From Jatrophihabitans sp. (lineage in GTDB: Bacteria > Actinomycetota > Actinomycetes > Mycobacteriales > Jatrophihabitantaceae): a stretch of 64,000 nucleotides of DNA. Every line of letters begins with the position of its first letter. Position 1 is the first letter of the stretch. The DNA is taken from assembly GCA_051000605.1 (NCBI GenBank), contig JBPCOE010000118.1, forward strand, positions 16,682 to 80,681, read 5' to 3'. This document shows, in pieces, positions 41,054 through 53,507 of the stretch. The notes beneath the pieces were generated by a model, which ran no database searches, was not told the origin of the DNA, and saw nothing but the letters and a program-made list of their open reading frames with translations. Made by a program: the position numbers and the translations under genes.

Positions 41054-41455
41054 TCAGAATTCCAACCCTGCTTCGCGGGCCGCCTGCGCGAACGCCGCGA
41101 TCCGACCGGTGTAGGTGTTGCCGCCCCGGTCGAAGACAACCTTGGTGACGCCTGCCGACTTTGCCGCCTCGGCGAGCTGCGTGCCGACCTGCTTGGCCTG
41201 CGCTGTCTTGTCATGGCCGTCGTTCAATTTAGCCATTTTGAACGTCGACGCCGACGCGAGCGTTGCGCCTCGACCGTCGTCGACAACCTGAGCGAACAGG
41301 TGCCGCGCCGACCGAGTGACGACCAGGCGAGGACGCTCGGCGTTGCCGACGACCTTCTTGCGCAACCGGAAGTGGCGCCGGGCCTTCGACGCCCGGCGGA
41401 TGGCCGAGGTCCCCGCAGACCGGCGTGCCTGGCGTGCGATCGTGGATGCGCCCAT
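41054..41455 (-). CDS. rplR: 50S ribosomal protein L18
   Basis: [24 protein letters not shown]. Confidence 0.97.
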   Translation of the reverse strand: MGASTIARQARRSAGTSAIRRASKARRHFRLRKKVVGNAERPRLVVTRSARHLFAQVVDDGRGATLASASTFKMAKLNDGHDKTAQAKQVGTQLAEAAKSAGVTKVVFDRGGNTYTGRIAAFAQAAREAGLEF

Positions 41456-41545
41456 TCAGATCACCTGCTCCTCGCCCGAGCCCGAAACACTTGCTCCGCG
41501 CTGTACTTCCAGTGCTCGCTGACGCTCGCTACGATGCTCACTCAT
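41456..41545 (-). repeat. MIRU-like element J3 (rplF-rplR) carrying mini-[32 protein letters not shown]
   Basis: ATG overlaps the rplF stop (ATGA); TGA directly abuts the rplR ATG; 28/30 identity to J1. Confidence 0.85.
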
Positions 41546-42084
41546 TTCTTCCCTGCCTTACCGGCCTTGCGGCGGATGACCTCACCTTGGTAGCGCACGC
41601 CCTTGCCCTTGTACGGGTCGGGCTTGCGCAGCTTGCGGATCTTGGCGGCGACTTCGCCGACCTGTTGCTTGTCGATGCCCTCGACCACGAAACGGGTGGG
41701 AGCCTCGACGCGGAACGTGATGCCCGCAGGCGCCGGCACGAACACCGGGTGCGAGTATCCGAGCGCAAACTCGAGGTCGCTGCCCCTGGCCGTGACGCGG
41801 TAACCGGTGCCCACGATCTCCAGACGCTTGCTGTAGCCGTCCGTGACGCCGACGACCATGTTGGCGATCAGCGTGCGCGACAAGCCGTGCAGGGACTTGG
41901 ACTCGCGCTCGTCGTCCGGCCGCGAGACGGCGATGAGGCCGTCCTCGGCCTTCGCGACCGTGATGGGCGGCGCGACAGCGTGCGACAGCGTGCCCTTCGG
42001 CCCCTTGACCGTGACCGTCTGACCGTCGATGGCGACGTCGACGTCCGATGGGACGGCCACCGGAAGCCTTCCGATGCGACTCAT
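41542..42084 (-). CDS. rplF: 50S ribosomal protein L6
   Basis: [25 protein letters not shown]. Confidence 0.98.
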   Translation of the reverse strand: MSRIGRLPVAVPSDVDVAIDGQTVTVKGPKGTLSHAVAPPITVAKAEDGLIAVSRPDDERESKSLHGLSRTLIANMVVGVTDGYSKRLEIVGTGYRVTARGSDLEFALGYSHPVFVPAPAGITFRVEAPTRFVVEGIDKQQVGEVAAKIRKLRKPDPYKGKGVRYQGEVIRRKAGKAGKK

Positions 42085-42135
42085 GATGTTTTCACCTTGC
42101 TCTTCGCGCGATGCTCACTCATAGCTTCGCCTCAC
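42081..42135 (-). repeat. MIRU-like element J4 (rpsH-rplF), short fused form with mini-[16 protein letters not shown] (42081-42122)
   Basis: ATGAGTGAGCATCG joined directly to CGCGAAGAGC; ATGA overlap with rplF. Confidence 0.75.
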
Positions 42136-42536
42136 CAGACGTAGGCGAGAACTTCTCCGCCTACCCCACGCTTGGCTGCCTGCCGGTCGGTCAGCAGTCC
42201 GTTGGACGTCGAGATGATCGCGACGCCGAGGCCACCCAGCACGCGGGGTAGACCGGTCGACTTGGCGTACACACGCAGGCCCGGCTTGGACACGCGCCGC
42301 ACACCCGCGATCGAACGCTCGCGATTCGGGCCGAATTTCAGGTCGATGGTCAGCACCTTGCCGACCTGTCCCTCGGGAGCATCGGCGATCTTGAAGCCGG
42401 CAATGTAGCCCTCCTGCTTCAGGATCTGCGCGATGTGCCCCTTGAGCTTGGAGTGCGGCATCACCACGGTGTCGTGAAAAGCCGTGTTGCCGTTGCGCAG
42501 ACGCGTCAACATGTCCGCGATCGGGTCGGTCATCAT
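42132..42536 (-). CDS. rpsH: 30S ribosomal protein S8
   Basis: [27 protein letters not shown]. Confidence 0.98.
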   Translation of the reverse strand: MMTDPIADMLTRLRNGNTAFHDTVVMPHSKLKGHIAQILKQEGYIAGFKIADAPEGQVGKVLTIDLKFGPNRERSIAGVRRVSKPGLRVYAKSTGLPRVLGGLGVAIISTSNGLLTDRQAAKRGVGGEVLAYVW

Positions 42537-42701
42537 AGGACTTCTTCTCTTCTCTCGCGCCGGTTCCGGTAAAGGCCTGCCGCGAAGCAGTAATGAAACG
42601 AACAGATAATCAGTGGTTGTTCTCTTTAGTTAGGTCGTGCTTCCCAGTTACGAAACCGGGACTTGAGCAACGGCGTTCCCCAAGCAGTGGCGGGAAGGAG
42701 G

Positions 42702-42789
42702 GCTGGGTTCCGATGCGATGTACGGCCGCGTAAAGGCGCGAAGCGCAGCGGCCGAACATCGACGTCGGAATCAAGCCCGAACCCACAGC
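42702..42789. repeat. long imperfect stem-loop directly after rpsZ
   Basis: gctggg...ttccga...cgatgt.cggccgc pairs with gcggccg.acatcg...tcggaa...cccacagc; inner gcgcgaagcgc. Confidence 0.6.
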
Positions 42790-42974
42790 TACCAAGAAGA
42801 CTTAGTAACGCCCGGAAGCTCCCCGGCGTGCGCCATTTCCCGGAAGCAGATCCGGCACAGTCCGAACTTGCGATAGACGGCCTGCGAGCGTCCGCAGCGC
42901 TGGCAGCGGGTGTAACCGCGCACCGCGAACTTCGGCTTGCCGGCGGCCTTCTGCTTCAGAGCGGTCTTGGCCAT
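42789..42974 (-). CDS. rpsZ: 30S ribosomal protein S14 type Z (Zn-binding)
   Basis: RCQRCGR...FGLCRIC; 61 aa. Confidence 0.97.
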   Translation of the reverse strand: MAKTALKQKAAGKPKFAVRGYTRCQRCGRSQAVYRKFGLCRICFREMAHAGELPGVTKSSW

Positions 42975-42975
42975 G

Positions 42976-43563
42976 TCAGCTGTTCTCCTTGAACGGGAAG
43001 CCGAGTGCGCGTAGCAGCGCCCGGCCCTCGTCGTCGTTGGTCGCGGTGGTGACCACGGTGGTGTCCATGCCACGCGGACGGTCGATCGAGTCGGGGTCGA
43101 TCTCGTGGAACATCGACTGCTCGGTCAGGCCGAAGGTGTAGTTGCCGTTGCCGTCGAACTGCCGGTCGGACAGCCCGCGGAAGTCCCGGATGCGCGGCAA
43201 CGCCAGGGAAAGCAGCCGGTCGAGGAACTCCCACATCCGGTCGCCGCGCAGGGTGACCTTCGCGCCGATCGGCATGCCCTCGCGCAACTTGAACTGCGCG
43301 ATCGACTTGCGGGCCTTTTGCACCAGCGGCTTCTGGCCGGTGATGAGGGTGAGGTCGCGCACGGCGCCGTCCATGAGCTTGCTGTCCTTGGCCGCCTGGC
43401 CGACGCCCATGTTGACGACGATCTTCGTCAGGCCGGGGACCTGCATCGGGTTGGCGAAGGAGAACTCCTTCGTCAGCGCCGGGGCGATCTCGTCCCGGTA
43501 GCGGGTCTTGAGCCGCGGGGCCGGGGTTTCGGTGGCGGCCGTGGTCTCGGTTGACGCTGTCAT
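42976..43563 (-). CDS. rplE: 50S ribosomal protein L5
   Basis: [25 protein letters not shown]. Confidence 0.98.
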   Translation of the reverse strand: MTASTETTAATETPAPRLKTRYRDEIAPALTKEFSFANPMQVPGLTKIVVNMGVGQAAKDSKLMDGAVRDLTLITGQKPLVQKARKSIAQFKLREGMPIGAKVTLRGDRMWEFLDRLLSLALPRIRDFRGLSDRQFDGNGNYTFGLTEQSMFHEIDPDSIDRPRGMDTTVVTTATNDDEGRALLRALGFPFKENS

Positions 43564-43880
43564 GACAGATCCTTTCCGGAGCGGCGCGAGATACGCACGT
43601 TGCGCCCGGACTGCTCGTCGCGCCGGTAACCGACGCGGGTGGCCTTGCCGTCGGCGCCGATCACCATGACGTTGCTGGCGCTGATCGCGGCTTCGATGTG
43701 CTCGATGCCGCCGGCCTTCGCGCCGCGATTGTCCTGCGAGATCGACGTGTGCTTGGTGACTCGGTTCACGCCTTCGACGACGACCTTGTTCGTGTCGGGG
43801 TTGGCCGCGATGACCTTGCCCTTGACGCCGCGATCCTTGCCGGCGATGACGACGACCTCGTCGCCCTTTTTGACCTTCAT
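43560..43880 (-). CDS. rplX: 50S ribosomal protein L24
   Basis: [27 protein letters not shown]. Confidence 0.97.
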   Translation of the reverse strand: MKVKKGDEVVVIAGKDRGVKGKVIAANPDTNKVVVEGVNRVTKHTSISQDNRGAKAGGIEHIEAAISASNVMVIGADGKATRVGYRRDEQSGRNVRISRRSGKDLS

Positions 43881-43966
43881 CGGACTTCCTCGTTCCGCTC
43901 GTCAGCCCTGTTCAGGCCGACTACCACCTTGCTGTGCCTATAGATCCGCTCGCTGCGCTCACTCAT
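43877..43966 (-). repeat. MIRU-like element J5 (rplN-rplX) carrying mini-[32 protein letters not shown]
   Basis: TGATG overlap with the rplN stop and ATGA overlap with the rplX start; 5' ATGAGTGAGCGCAGCGAGCG module. Confidence 0.8.
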
Positions 43967-44334
43967 CAGAGCACCTCGGGTGCAAGAGAAATGATCTTCA
44001 TGAACCGCTTGTCGCGCAGCTCCCGGCCCACGGGGCCGAAGATGCGAGTCCCGCGGGGCTCGCCGTCGGTCTTGATCAGCACGGCCGCGTTCTCGTCGAA
44101 GCGGATGTAACTGCCGTCCGGACGGCGGCGTTCCTTGACGGTGCGCACGATGACCGCTTTGACGACGTCGCCTTTCTTGACGCCGGCGCCGGGCAGCGCG
44201 TCCTTGACCGTGGCGACGATGATGTCGCCGATCCCGGCGTAGCGACGCCCCGAGCCGCCCATCACCCGGATGCACAAGATTTCCTTGGCGCCGGTGTTGT
44301 CGGCGACCCGAAGTCGCGACTCCTGCTGAATCAC
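43966..44334 (-). CDS. rplN: 50S ribosomal protein L14
   Basis: [24 protein letters not shown]. Confidence 0.98.
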   Translation of the reverse strand: MIQQESRLRVADNTGAKEILCIRVMGGSGRRYAGIGDIIVATVKDALPGAGVKKGDVVKAVIVRTVKERRRPDGSYIRFDENAAVLIKTDGEPRGTRIFGPVGRELRDKRFMKIISLAPEVL

Positions 44335-44421
44335 TGCTTACTCCTGAGAACTAGGACGCTGGTGGACCTGGTCCCACGCGATGGGGACGGGTTTCGCTCG
44401 TGCGGGTGTTACTTGCCTTAC

Positions 44422-44703
44422 TTACTTCGCCTTCTCTACGACCTCGACCACACGCCAGCGCTTCGTAGCCGACTGCGGGCGGGTCTCCATGATCTGCACG
44501 CGGTCACCGACGCCGACCTGGTCGGTCTCGTCGTGCGCTTTGAGCTTCGTGGTGCGGCGGATGATCTTGCCGTAGCGCGGGTGCTTGACGCGGTCCTCGA
44601 CCTCGACCACGACCGTCTTCTGCATCTTGTCGCTGACGACGAGACCCTGCCGGACCTTGCGGTCCGACGTGCGCTCGGTCGTCGCTTCGGTTGTCTCGCT
44701 CAT
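44422..44703 (-). CDS. rpsQ: 30S ribosomal protein S17
   Basis: [24 protein letters not shown]. Confidence 0.98.
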   Translation of the reverse strand: MSETTEATTERTSDRKVRQGLVVSDKMQKTVVVEVEDRVKHPRYGKIIRRTTKLKAHDETDQVGVGDRVQIMETRPQSATKRWRVVEVVEKAK

Positions 44704-44942
44704 GCGGTAACACCCTCACTGGCTTGTTCCGGGGCCACTGACAGTCCGAGCTCACGCTCACGCAGGATCGTGTAGATCCGTGCGATGTCGTGCTTCACGG
44801 TGCGCAGGCGCCTGTTGTTGTCCAGCTGCCCGGTCGCCATCTGGAAGCGCAGGTTGCACAGCTCTTCCTTCGACTCGCGCAGCCGGGTGGCGAGCTCGTC
44901 ATCGTGCAGCTCGCGCAGTTCAGCGGTCGTGGTGCTGGTCAT
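44700..44942 (-). CDS. rpmC: 50S ribosomal protein L29
   Basis: [16 protein letters not shown]. Confidence 0.96.
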   Translation of the reverse strand: MTSTTTAELRELHDDELATRLRESKEELCNLRFQMATGQLDNNRRLRTVKHDIARIYTILRERELGLSVAPEQASEGVTA

Positions 44943-45361
44943 CAGAAATCACTCGCTTCCCGCGTGACGATGCGGCACTTCATCGGCAGCTTGTGGATCG
45001 CTCGGGTCAGGGCCTCACGGGCCACGACCTCGTTCGGGAACGAGAGCTCGAACAGCACCCGGCCCGGCTTGACGTTGGCGATCCACCACTCCGGCGAACC
45101 CTTACCGGAACCCATGCGGGTCTCAGCCGGCTTCTTGGTGAGCGGGCGGTCGGGATAGATGTTGATCCAGACCTTGCCGCCGCGGCGGATGCGGCGGTTG
45201 ATCGCGATACGCGCCGACTCGATCTGGCGGTTCGTGACGTACGCCGGCTCCAGAGCCTGGATGCCGTACTCACCGAAGGACACCTGGGTACCGCCGCTGG
45301 CCATGCCGCGGCGGGTCGGGTGGTGCTGCTTGCGGTGCTTCACTCGGCGTGGAATGAGCAT
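44942..45361 (-). CDS. rplP: 50S ribosomal protein L16
   Basis: [26 protein letters not shown]. Confidence 0.98.
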   Translation of the reverse strand: MLIPRRVKHRKQHHPTRRGMASGGTQVSFGEYGIQALEPAYVTNRQIESARIAINRRIRRGGKVWINIYPDRPLTKKPAETRMGSGKGSPEWWIANVKPGRVLFELSFPNEVVAREALTRAIHKLPMKCRIVTREASDF

Positions 45362-45362
45362 G

Positions 45363-46414
<1,052 letters not shown>

Positions 46415-46415
<1 letters not shown>

Positions 46416-46804
46416 TAGCGGCCCCGTCCCTTCTTGCTCGTCGGCCGGTCGATGCTCTCGACCTCGATGGTGATGTGGCTCGTGCGCTTGCGGATCCGGT
46501 ACGCCCGGCCCTGCGCCCGCGGCCGGAACCGCTTCAGGGTGGGGCCCTCGTCGACGAATGCCCGCGAGATGATCAACGTCTCGGGATCGAGGTCGAAGTT
46601 GTGCTCGGCATTGGCGATCGCACTGGCGAGGACCTTCGCCACCGGCTCGGCGGCGGCCTGCGGCTGGAACTTCAGCTGCGCGAGAGCCTCTTGCGCGGGA
46701 CGGTTGCGGATCAGGTCGACGACACGACGTGCCTTCATCGGCGTGACGCGGACGTGCGTCGCCTTCGCGAAGGCACCCCGTACCTGGGTATCTGGCTCAG
46801 TCAT
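46415..46804 (-). CDS. rplV: 50S ribosomal protein L22
   Basis: [27 protein letters not shown]. Confidence 0.98.
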
Positions 46805-46827
46805 TTGTCTCTCCTGCCCTCAACCGC

Positions 46828-47109
<282 letters not shown>

Positions 47110-47120
47110 CGCTAGTTACC

Positions 47121-47954
47121 TCAGCGCTTCTTGTTCGTACGACGACGACGGACGATCAGCTGGTCGCTCGCCTTGCGGTGACGGGTGCGGCCCTCGGGCT
47201 TGCCGTTCGGGTTCACCGGGTGGCGACCGCCGGACGTCTTGCCCTCACCGCCACCGTGCGGGTGGTCGACCGGGTTCATGGCGACACCACGGACGGTCGG
47301 GCGCTTGCCCTTCCAGCGCATGCGGCCGGCCTTGCCCCAGTTGATGTTGCTCTGCTCGGCGTTGCCGACCTCGCCGACGGTCGCTCGGCAGCGGACGTCG
47401 ACGTTGCGGATCTCGCCGGACGGCATCCGCAGTTGGGCGAAGGCGCCCTCCTTGGCCACGAGCTGGACGCTCGCGCCGGCCGACCGGGCGATCTTCGCGC
47501 CGCCTCCGGGACGGAGCTCGATCGCGTGGATCACGGTGCCGACCGGGATGTTGCGCATCGGCAGCGAGTTGCCCGGCTTGATGTCGGCGCCGGGGCCGTT
47601 CTCGATCCGGTCGCCCTGCTTGAGCAGCCGCGGCGCGAGGATGTAGCGCTTCTCGCCGTCGGCGTAGTGCAGCAGCGCGATGCGCGCGGTGCGGTTCGGG
47701 TCGTACTCGATGTGCGCGACCTTGGCCGGCACACCGTCCTTGTCGTGGCGCCGGAAGTCGATCACCCGGTAGGCGCGCTTGTGGCCGCCGCCCTGGTGGC
47801 GGGTCGTGATCCGGCCCGAGTTGTTGCGCCCGCCCTTGTTGTGTAGCGGCTTGACGAGCGCCTTCTCCGGGTGGTCACGGGTGACCTCGGCGAAGTCGGC
47901 GACGGACGACCCACGCCGTCCCGGCGTAGTCGGCTTGTATTTGCGAATAGCCAT
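47121..47954 (-). CDS. rplB: 50S ribosomal protein L2
   Basis: [21 protein letters not shown]. Confidence 0.99.
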   Translation of the reverse strand: MAIRKYKPTTPGRRGSSVADFAEVTRDHPEKALVKPLHNKGGRNNSGRITTRHQGGGHKRAYRVIDFRRHDKDGVPAKVAHIEYDPNRTARIALLHYADGEKRYILAPRLLKQGDRIENGPGADIKPGNSLPMRNIPVGTVIHAIELRPGGGAKIARSAGASVQLVAKEGAFAQLRMPSGEIRNVDVRCRATVGEVGNAEQSNINWGKAGRMRWKGKRPTVRGVAMNPVDHPHGGGEGKTSGGRHPVNPNGKPEGRTRHRKASDQLIVRRRRTNKKR

Positions 47955-47962
47955 GAGTCAGG

Positions 47963-48256
47963 TCAGCCAATCTGTCCGAACACGTCGATGCGGTCGCCCG
48001 CACGCAGCGTCACGATCGCGCGCTTGACGCTCTTGCGCGCGCCGAAGCCCGCCCGGGTGCGCTTGCGCTTGCCCTGCCGGTTGAGCGTGTTCACGTCGGT
48101 GACCTTGACGCTGAACACCTTCTCCACCGCGATCTTGATCTGGGTCTTGTTGGCCTGCGGGTGAACCTCGAAGGTGTACTTGTTCTCGTCCAGCAGGCCG
48201 TAGCTCTTCTCCGAGATGACCGGAGCGAGCAGGACGTCACGGGGGTCGTCGAACAT
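47963..48256 (-). CDS. rplW: 50S ribosomal protein L23
   Basis: PVISEKS, NKTQIK, KRAIVTL. Confidence 0.97.
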   Translation of the reverse strand: MFDDPRDVLLAPVISEKSYGLLDENKYTFEVHPQANKTQIKIAVEKVFSVKVTDVNTLNRQGKRKRTRAGFGARKSVKRAIVTLRAGDRIDVFGQIG

Positions 48257-48933
48257 CAGGCGTCCTTCCCTTCGGCATCGGCCGTGGCCGACTTCCCCTT
48301 GACTGGGCCGGCGAGGAACTCCTCGAGCGCAGCTTGGGTGAACACGATGTCGTCACTGATCAGCACGTCGTAGGTGTTGAGCTGTGTCGGCTCGAGCAGG
48401 TGGACGGCCTGGTGGTTGCGCAGGCTCCTCCAGGTGAGTTCGTCCGTGCGCTGAGCGACGACGAGAACGTTCTTCGCCGTGCTCACCTTGGCGAGCGCAA
48501 CCGCTGCGCCCTTCGTCGAAGGCGCATCACCGGTGACCAGCGCCGACACGACGAAGACGCGATCGTTGCGAGCTCGGTCCGAGAGCGCACCACGCAGAGC
48601 GGCGGCCTTCATCTTCTTGGGCGTGCGCTGGTCGTACTTGCGCGGCGTCGGGCCGTGGACGATGCCACCGCCGACGAATTGCGGGGCGCGCGTCGAACCC
48701 TGGCGGGCCCGGCCGGTGCCCTTCTGGCGGTACGGCTTCCTTCCGCCGCCGCGGACCTCGGCACGCGTCTTGGTCGACGCAGTGCCCTGGCGGGCCGCGG
48801 CGAGCTGCGCGACGACGACCTGGTGGATCAGCGAGATGTTGGTCTTCGCGTCGAAGATCTCCGCGGGAAGCTCGACGGTGCCCGTCTGGGCGTCGTCCGA
48901 CGCAGGGTTGCGGATCTCGAGGGACAGCGTCAT
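48256..48933 (-). CDS. rplD: 50S ribosomal protein L4
   Basis: [21 protein letters not shown]. Confidence 0.98.
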   Translation of the reverse strand: MTLSLEIRNPASDDAQTGTVELPAEIFDAKTNISLIHQVVVAQLAAARQGTASTKTRAEVRGGGRKPYRQKGTGRARQGSTRAPQFVGGGIVHGPTPRKYDQRTPKKMKAAALRGALSDRARNDRVFVVSALVTGDAPSTKGAAVALAKVSTAKNVLVVAQRTDELTWRSLRNHQAVHLLEPTQLNTYDVLISDDIVFTQAALEEFLAGPVKGKSATADAEGKDA

Positions 48934-48935
48934 GG

Positions 48936-49601
48936 TCAGACCCCCTTCGACTTGTTGGCGGACCGGACGAACAGCAGCGAGCCCTTCGGCCCGGGGACGG
49001 CGCCCTTGATCAGCAGAAGGCCGTTCTCGACGTCCACCTTGTGGATCACGAGCCCGGTAGTCGTCGCCTTGACGTGGCCCATGCGCCCGGCCATCCGCAG
49101 CCCCTTGAACACGCGACCCGGCGTGGCGCAGGCGCCGATCGAGCCGGGTTTGCGGTGGTTGCGGTGCGAGCCGTGCGAGGACGAGACGCCGTGGAAGCCG
49201 TGGCGCTTCATAACCCCCGCGGTGCCCTTGCCCTTGGTGGTGCCGCTCACGTCGACGCGCGCACCGTCTTGAAAGGTGCTGTCGACGGTGATCTCCGCGC
49301 CGAGGGCGTAGTCCGCGATCGCGTCGGTGCGCAGCTCGACCAGGTGCCGGCGAGGCGTGACGTCCGCAGCCTTGAAGTGACCGGCGACGGGCTTGGTCAC
49401 CTTGCGCGGGTCGATCTGGCCGTACGCGAGTTGGACGGCGGTGTAGCCGTCCTTCTCTTGGGTTCGGATCTGGGTCACGACGCACGGCCCGGCCTTGACG
49501 ACGGTCACCGGAACCATCCGGTTGTTCTCGTCGAAGACCTGGGTCATGCCGAGCTTCTCGCCGAGAATGCCCTGGCGCCCAGTTCGAGTTTCGTCTGCCA
49601 T
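48936..49601 (-). CDS. rplC: 50S ribosomal protein L3
   Basis: [29 protein letters not shown]. Confidence 0.98.
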   Translation of the reverse strand: MADETRTGRQGILGEKLGMTQVFDENNRMVPVTVVKAGPCVVTQIRTQEKDGYTAVQLAYGQIDPRKVTKPVAGHFKAADVTPRRHLVELRTDAIADYALGAEITVDSTFQDGARVDVSGTTKGKGTAGVMKRHGFHGVSSSHGSHRNHRKPGSIGACATPGRVFKGLRMAGRMGHVKATTTGLVIHKVDVENGLLLIKGAVPGPKGSLLFVRSANKSKGV

Positions 49602-49612
49602 GTCTGTCTGCC

Positions 49613-49918
49613 CTACTGAATGTTGACGTCGACCGACGCCGGCAGGTCGATACGCATCAGCGCGTCCACCGTCTTCGGGGTCGGGTCGAGGATGTCGATG
49701 AGCCGCTTGTGGGTGCGCATCTCGAAGTGCTCGCGGCTGTCCTTGTACTTGTGCGGCGAGCGGATGACGCAGTAGATGTTCTTCTCCGTCGGCAACGGGA
49801 CGGGCCCGACGACGCGAGCGCCGGTCCGGGTGACCGTCTCGACGATCTTGCGTGCACTGGCGTCGATGGCCTCGTGGTCATAGGCCTTGAGCCGGATGCG
49901 GATCTTCTGTCCCGCCAT
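49613..49918 (-). CDS. rpsJ: 30S ribosomal protein S10
   Basis: [25 protein letters not shown]. Confidence 0.99.
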   Translation of the reverse strand: MAGQKIRIRLKAYDHEAIDASARKIVETVTRTGARVVGPVPLPTEKNIYCVIRSPHKYKDSREHFEMRTHKRLIDILDPTPKTVDALMRIDLPASVDVNIQ

Positions 49919-50086
49919 GGTGGCTGACTCACCTTCACTGTTCTGAGGTCTACTGCAGGTTCGAGCCCGCCCGCCGGGCGCCGCGGGAGCGGCTGATGTT
50001 TCGGTGGCGAAGGGCACCCGTTCCGGGTGGAAACCGGCCTGCGTCCAGATGACGGCCGGTCCACCCGCAACGGGGTGGAGCAGGTA

Positions 50087-51286
50087 CTACTCGACGATCT
50101 TGGTGACGCGACCCGCACCCACGGTGCGGCCACCCTCACGGATGGCGAAGCGCAGGCCGTCCTCCATTGCGATCGGCTGGATAAGCTCGACCGACATCTC
50201 TGTGTTGTCGCCCGGCATGACCATCTCGGTGCCCTCTGGGAGGGTGACGACACCGGTCACGTCGGTGGTGCGGAAGTAGAACTGCGGGCGGTAGTTGTTG
50301 AAGAACGGCGTGTGCCGGCCACCCTCGTCCTTGGACAGGATGTAGACGTTCGCCTCGAACTTGGTGTGCGGAGTCGTCGTGCCCGGCTTGATGACGACCT
50401 GGCCGCGCTCGACGTCCTCACGCTTGATGCCACGAAGCAGCAGCCCGACGTTCTCCCCGGCCTGACCCTCGTCGAGCAGCTTGCGGAACATCTCGATGCC
50501 GGTGACCGTGGTCGTCTGCTTGGCCTCGTGGATGCCGATGATGTCGACGGTCTCGTTGACCTTCAGGATGCCCCGCTCGATACGGCCGGTGACGACCGTG
50601 CCGCGACCGGTGATCGTGAAGACGTCCTCGACGGGCATCAGGAACGGCTTCTCGGTCTCGCGCTCGGGCTGCGGGATCGACTCGTCGATGGCGCTCATGA
50701 GCTCCATGATCTTCTCGCCCCACTCGGCGTCGCCCTCGAGCGCCTTGAGTGCGGAGACCTTGACGATCGGAGCGTCGTCGCCGTCGAACTCGTACTGGGT
50801 CAGCAGCTCGCGGACCTCGAGCTCGACCAGCTCCAGGATCTCGTCGTCGACATCCGTGCCGTCGCACGTGTTCAGCGCAACCACGATGTACGGGACGCCG
50901 ACCTGGCGGGCCAGGAGCACGTGCTCCTTGGTCTGCGGCATCGGGCCGTCGGTGCCGGACACGACCAGGATCGCGCCGTCCATCTGGGCCGCACCGGTGA
51001 TCATGTTCTTGATGTAGTCGGCGTGCCCGGGGCAGTCGACGTGCGCATAGTGGCGCTTCTCGGTCTGGTACTCGATGTGCGCGATCGAAATGGTGATACC
51101 GCGCTGGCGCTCCTCGGGAGCCTTGTCGATCTGATCGAACGCCGAGGTATCCGGGTTCAGCGCCGGGTACTTGTCATGCAGCACGCGCGAGATCGCCGCC
51201 GTCAGCGTCGTCTTGCCATGGTCGATGTGACCGATCGTGCCGATGTTGACGTGCGGCTTGGTCCGCTCGAACTTCGCCTTCGCCAC
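50087..51286 (-). CDS. tuf: elongation factor Tu (atypical G4 motif NTCD)
   Basis: [30 protein letters not shown]. Confidence 0.98.
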   Translation of the reverse strand: MAKAKFERTKPHVNIGTIGHIDHGKTTLTAAISRVLHDKYPALNPDTSAFDQIDKAPEERQRGITISIAHIEYQTEKRHYAHVDCPGHADYIKNMITGAAQMDGAILVVSGTDGPMPQTKEHVLLARQVGVPYIVVALNTCDGTDVDDEILELVELEVRELLTQYEFDGDDAPIVKVSALKALEGDAEWGEKIMELMSAIDESIPQPERETEKPFLMPVEDVFTITGRGTVVTGRIERGILKVNETVDIIGIHEAKQTTTVTGIEMFRKLLDEGQAGENVGLLLRGIKREDVERGQVVIKPGTTTPHTKFEANVYILSKDEGGRHTPFFNNYRPQFYFRTTDVTGVVTLPEGTEMVMPGDNTEMSVELIQPIAMEDGLRFAIREGGRTVGAGRVTKIVE

Positions 51287-51363
51287 TGTGGATCCCTTTC
51301 CCTCTTTGGGTAGTACCGGTCTTCTAGGTCCGGCTGTGTTGACTGTTGTCTTGAAACTCTTGG

Positions 51364-53460
51364 TTACTCGCCGTTCACCTTCGCGATGATCTCCTTGGCC
51401 ACGTTCCCCGGGACCTCGGCGTACTTCTCGAACTGCATCGAGTAGCTGGCGCGGCCCTGCGTCTTGCTGCGCAGGTCCCCGACATAGCCGAACATCTCCG
51501 ACAGCGGCACCAGCGCCTTGACGACGCGGTTGCCACCCCGCTCCTCCATGGCCTGGATCTGGCCACGGCGCGAGTTGAGGTCGCCGATGACGTCGCCCAT
51601 GTTCTCCTCGGGCGTGGTCACCTCGACTGCCATCATCGGCTCCAGCAGAGCCGGGTCGGCCTTCCGCGCGGCGTTCTTGAACACGATCGAACCCGCGATC
51701 TTGAACGCCATTTCGGAGGAGTCGACATCGTGGTAGCCACCGTCGAGCAGTGTCATCCGAATGCCGACCAGCGGGTAGCCGGCGAGGATGCCGTACTGCA
51801 TGGCCTCCTGCGCACCGGCGTCCACCGAAGGGATGAACTCCCTGGGGATACGCCCACCGGAGACGGCGTTGACGAACTCGTAGCTCGGTCCGTCCGACGT
51901 CATCTCCATCGGCTCCAGCTTGATCTGCACCTTCGCGTACTGGCCGGACCCACCCGTCTGCTTCTTGTGGGTGTAGTCCTCCTTCTCCACGACGCGACGG
52001 ATCGTCTCGCGGTAGGCCACCTGCGGCTTGCCCACGTTGGCCTCGACCTCGAACTCGCGACGCATCCGGTCGACGAGGATCTCCAGGTGGAGCTCGCCCA
52101 TCCCCTTGATGATGGTCTGGCCGGTCTCCTCGTCCTGCTGGACCTGGAAGGTCGGGTCTTCCTCGGCGAGCTTCTGGATCGCGACGCCCAGCTTCTCCTG
52201 GTCGCCCTTCGTCTTCGGCTCGATCGCGACGTTGATGACCGGGTCCGGGAAGGTCATGGACTCCAGCACGATCGGCTTCTGCGGGTCCGACAGCGTGTCA
52301 CCGGTGGTGGTCTGCTTCAGCCCCGCAACGGCGATGATGTCGCCGGCGCCGGCCCGCGGCAGCTCCTCACGCTTGTTCGCGTGCATCTGGTAGATCTTGC
52401 CGATCCGCTCCTTGCGGTCCTTCGTCGAGTTGAGAACCTGCGCACCGTTCTCGACGACGCCGGAGTAGATCCGCACGTAGGTGAGCTTGCCGAGGAACTT
52501 GTCGGTGGCGATCTTGAAGGCCAGCGCGGCCAGCGGCTCCGACTCGTCGGGGTGCCGCTCAGCGGGTGTCTCGCCGTCCTGCAGAAGACCGGTCACCTCG
52601 CCGACATCCAGCGGCGACGGCAGGTAGTCCACGACCGCATCGAGCAGCGGCTGCACGCCCTTGTTCTTGAATGCGGAGCCGGTGAGCACCGGGTTGATCA
52701 GGTCGGCCAGGGTGGCCCGGCGGATCGCGGCCTTGAGCGTCTCGACCGACAGCTCCTCGCCGTCCAGGTACGCCTCGGCGATCGCATCGTCCACGTCTGC
52801 CAGCGTCTCGATCAGCTTCTCGCGCCACTCCGCGGCCTGATCGGCAAGCTCCGCCGGGATCTCCTCGATGGTGTAGTCCTCACCCATCTCGGTCTCTCCG
52901 CGCCAGACCAGCGCGCGCATCCCGAGCAGGTCGACGACGCCGATGAAGCTGGACTCGTTGCCGATCGGGATCTGCAGCACCAGCGGGGTGGCGTTGAGGC
53001 GGTCGATCATCATCTGCACACAGCGGAAGAAGTCCGCGCCGGTGCGGTCCAGCTTGTTGACGAAGCACATCCGCGGGACGGAATACTTGTCTGCCTGCCG
53101 CCACACCGTCTCGGTCTGCGGCTCGACACCGGCGACACCGTCATAGACGGCAACCGCACCGTCGAGCACGCGCAGGTTGCGCTCCACCTCGACGGTGAAG
53201 TCGACGTGCCCAGGAGTGTCGATCAGGTTGATGGTGTGGTCTTTCCACTCACACTTGGTGGCAGCCGACGTGATCGTGATGCCACGTTCCTGCTCCTGCT
53301 CCATCCAGTCCATGACGGCAGCACCGTCGTGCACCTCACCGATCTTGTACGTGATGCCGGTGTAGAAGAGGATGCGCTCGGTGGTCGTGGTTTTACCCGC
53401 GTCGATATGCGCCATGATCCCGATGTTCCGGGTCTTGGACAGGCGTGCGGTTACAGACAT
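51364..53460 (-). CDS. fusA: elongation factor G
   Basis: [29 protein letters not shown]. Confidence 0.99.
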   Translation of the reverse strand: MSVTARLSKTRNIGIMAHIDAGKTTTTERILFYTGITYKIGEVHDGAAVMDWMEQEQERGITITSAATKCEWKDHTINLIDTPGHVDFTVEVERNLRVLDGAVAVYDGVAGVEPQTETVWRQADKYSVPRMCFVNKLDRTGADFFRCVQMMIDRLNATPLVLQIPIGNESSFIGVVDLLGMRALVWRGETEMGEDYTIEEIPAELADQAAEWREKLIETLADVDDAIAEAYLDGEELSVETLKAAIRRATLADLINPVLTGSAFKNKGVQPLLDAVVDYLPSPLDVGEVTGLLQDGETPAERHPDESEPLAALAFKIATDKFLGKLTYVRIYSGVVENGAQVLNSTKDRKERIGKIYQMHANKREELPRAGAGDIIAVAGLKQTTTGDTLSDPQKPIVLESMTFPDPVINVAIEPKTKGDQEKLGVAIQKLAEEDPTFQVQQDEETGQTIIKGMGELHLEILVDRMRREFEVEANVGKPQVAYRETIRRVVEKEDYTHKKQTGGSGQYAKVQIKLEPMEMTSDGPSYEFVNAVSGGRIPREFIPSVDAGAQEAMQYGILAGYPLVGIRMTLLDGGYHDVDSSEMAFKIAGSIVFKNAARKADPALLEPMMAVEVTTPEENMGDVIGDLNSRRGQIQAMEERGGNRVVKALVPLSEMFGYVGDLRSKTQGRASYSMQFEKYAEVPGNVAKEIIAKVNGE

Positions 53461-53507
53461 CTTCGCTTCCGTCTCGGGTTCTAGTTCTGTCTTTGTCTGG
53501 TGGGTAT

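Noticed and set aside
42789-42974. Zn-binding S14 and L36 as a zinc-regulation signal
   Set aside because: These are the standard Cys-containing forms at their usual positions; no Zn-free paralogues or Zur box were seen.
49940-49990. GGTTCGAGCCC T-loop-like word as a possible tRNA
   Set aside because: No cloverleaf, D-arm or acceptor stem; it is part of the S10 leader region.
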